DNA of 16,366 nucleotides from a virus (Duplodnaviria; Heunggongvirae; Uroviricota; Caudoviricetes): IMG/VR virus record IMGVR_UViG_2698536392_000011; one strand, 5' to 3'. Shown piece by piece: positions 14,931 to 16,366 of this stretch (position 1 is its first letter; each line of letters starts with the position of its first letter). The notes under the pieces were generated by a model. It saw only the letters and a program-made list of their open reading frames with translations, ran no database searches and was not told where the DNA came from. The position numbers and the translations under genes were made by a program.

Positions 14931-16366
14931 TCAATCTTTATCGTAAAAACTGCCACGTCCGGCACGGGCGCGCCGTTCCATCTCTGCCCTGACCATTTCA
15001 CCGACCAGTTTCGCCAGTTCGCGGGGATTCTGCGTAACAACGTTATGCAGATGAACATGAATTTCACCGCAAAATCCGGAGACAGCAGGCTCCCGGTTAC
15101 GGGAAGTTGCAGGAACTGATGCCACTGGCGATCGTATGGCCTCCGCCACCGGGCGGGAGCTGGCCGCAACAACAGGGACCAGCGCCGGAGGCAGCGGAGC
15201 CGAGACCACGGGTGTGATATTAATTGCGGGGGCAGGCTTACTGACCTGCGCAATCTTCCACTCCTGCCACTCCCCACGAACAGCAAGTGCGCGGGGCAGG
15301 TTCTTAAAGACAATATCGCCGGGGCCAATGCGTTTTTTCGTCTCATCAACCAGCTTACCTGTGTTATCAGCAATTTTGCTGAGTCTGCGTAGCGTCCCGG
15401 TATTGCTGTCTGTGAGCGGTTTGTTGTCTTTGGGTTTATCACCTCCGGTGCCATTGCCATTTTCCACAGGCTTCGGCGGATTGATTTTCGCCAGGTCCCC
15501 CTGAAGCAAGGCAACCTTGTCCTGAAGAATGGCCGCACGCTGTGCGTCTTCGATTTTCTTGCGCGCCCTTTCCGCTTCATCCGGAAGGACACCAAGTTTT
15601 TCAAGTATCCACGCCAGCGTATCCAGTAGCATTTTTGCAGGTGTCAGAACAAGTTGTAACGCACCGCCAAGAACGTTACCGAATACCTCGCCAGCACTGG
15701 TGCATTTATCCAGCGTTTCCTTGCTGGACTCCATCGGTGACAACAGCGATTTAAACCAGTTAAACACCAGGCTGATCCCGCTTCCGATTGCGTCAAAAAC
15801 AGGGCCAAACCGTTCAAAGGTTTCACGCAACGGAGTCAGCCTTTCCATAATCCCGCTGAACACCCCGGCAAAAAATGCCCTGATGGGATCCCAGTATTTC
15901 CAGATAAGAACGGCAGTTCCGGCAAGCGCAGCCACGATAAGACCAACCGGACTGAACAGCGCCCCGATAGCGCCACCCAGCAAAGAAACAGAACCCGTCA
16001 CCATTCCCCACAGCGCAGGCAACACCCTGATGACATTCATTGACCGGGTAAGAATGTCGAAACCAAGACGCAAGGTGGCCAGCTTCCCGTAAAGCACCCC
16101 AATAACCAGCGACAACGAGCCAATCGTTGCAGTCATTGCCAGCAACGCACCGCCTGCTATCAGTAGCTGGCGCGTCAGTACCGGATGGGCCTGCGCCAGC
16201 GAGGTGATTTTTTCAAGCACCCGCGTGAGCCACTGCGTGACAGAACGCAGCGGACCGTCAACCAGATCACTGATGCGAATACGAAGACCTTCCCATGCGC
16301 TGTCGAGATTTTTCAGGTCTCCATCAAGATTATCGGCCTGAACCGCCCCGGGAATCCTGGAGACTA
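14931..16366 (-). CDS. T: Tail tape measure protein gpT, C-terminal part; the gene continues past the window end
   Basis: The - strand frame is open from 16364 to the stop at 14931-14933 (I checked 16221-16364 for in-frame stops and found none). The product has hydrophobic glycine-rich segments and sits immediately upstream of U, as gpT does in P2. Confidence 0.8.
   Translation of the reverse strand, partial: VSRIPGAVQADNLDGDLKNLDSAWEGLRIRISDLVDGPLRSVTQWLTRVLEKITSLAQAHPVLTRQLLIAGGALLAMTATIGSLSLVIGVLYGKLATLRLGFDILTRSMNVIRVLPALWGMVTGSVSLLGGAIGALFSPVGLIVAALAGTAVLIWKYWDPIRAFFAGVFSGIMERLTPLRETFERFGPVFDAIGSGISLVFNWFKSLLSPMESSKETLDKCTSAGEVFGNVLGGALQLVLTPAKMLLDTLAWILEKLGVLPDEAERARKKIEDAQRAAILQDKVALLQGDLAKINPPKPVENGNGTGGDKPKDNKPLTDSNTGTLRRLSKIADNTGKLVDETKKRIGPGDIVFKNLPRALAVRGEWQEWKIAQVSKPAPAINITPVVSAPLPPALVPVVAASSRPVAEAIRSPVASVPATSRNREPAVSGFCGEIHVHLHNVVTQNPRELAKLVGEMVRAEMERRARAGRGSFYDKD

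Noticed and set aside
14915-15604. 229-aa - strand ORF and + strand ORFs 15136..15504 and 15529..16092 inside the tape measure region
   Set aside because: Alternate-frame or antisense ORFs within the continuous 1.4-kb tape-measure frame; their products are basic low-complexity sequence.

Overview
This window reads as the late (structural and lysis) region of a P2-like (Peduovirus-type) myovirus prophage in an enterobacterial, E. coli-like background, and the prophage appears degraded. All calls rest on reading the supplied six-frame translations against remembered P2 proteins; no database search was run. Gene order on the + strand follows P2: O (scaffold), N (major capsid), M (terminase small subunit), L, X, a holin, an M15-peptidase endolysin, overlapping i-/o-spanins, then R, S, V, W, J, I, H (tail fiber) and G (tail fiber assembly). 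Many genes are linked by ATGA/GTGA stop-start overlaps. Signs of decay: an IS3-family element (3' end only, at the window start) truncates the terminase ATPase gene P, and N, J and a cargo gene each carry a single-base frameshift at a short repeat or homopolymer. These could be real pseudogenisation or sequencing indels; I cannot tell which. Two cargo genes stand out. One is a nanS-p-like sialate O-acetylesterase (DUF1737 plus GQSN esterase motif) inserted between the spanins and R and translationally coupled to the late operon. The other is a hexapeptide-repeat (CysE/WcaB-like) O-acetyltransferase in a visibly AT-rich islet on the - strand after G, with its own near-consensus sigma70 promoter, at the position equivalent to the P2 Z/fun moron hotspot. 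Beyond that islet, tail genes U and T (tape measure, partial) lie on the - strand, convergent with H-G, and no gpD follows U; this breaks P2 synteny and suggests an inversion, deletion or junction of two remnants. The tail fiber H has a 132-bp in-frame tandem repeat and a His-rich HxH C-terminal tip. No tRNA, rRNA or CRISPR array was seen.
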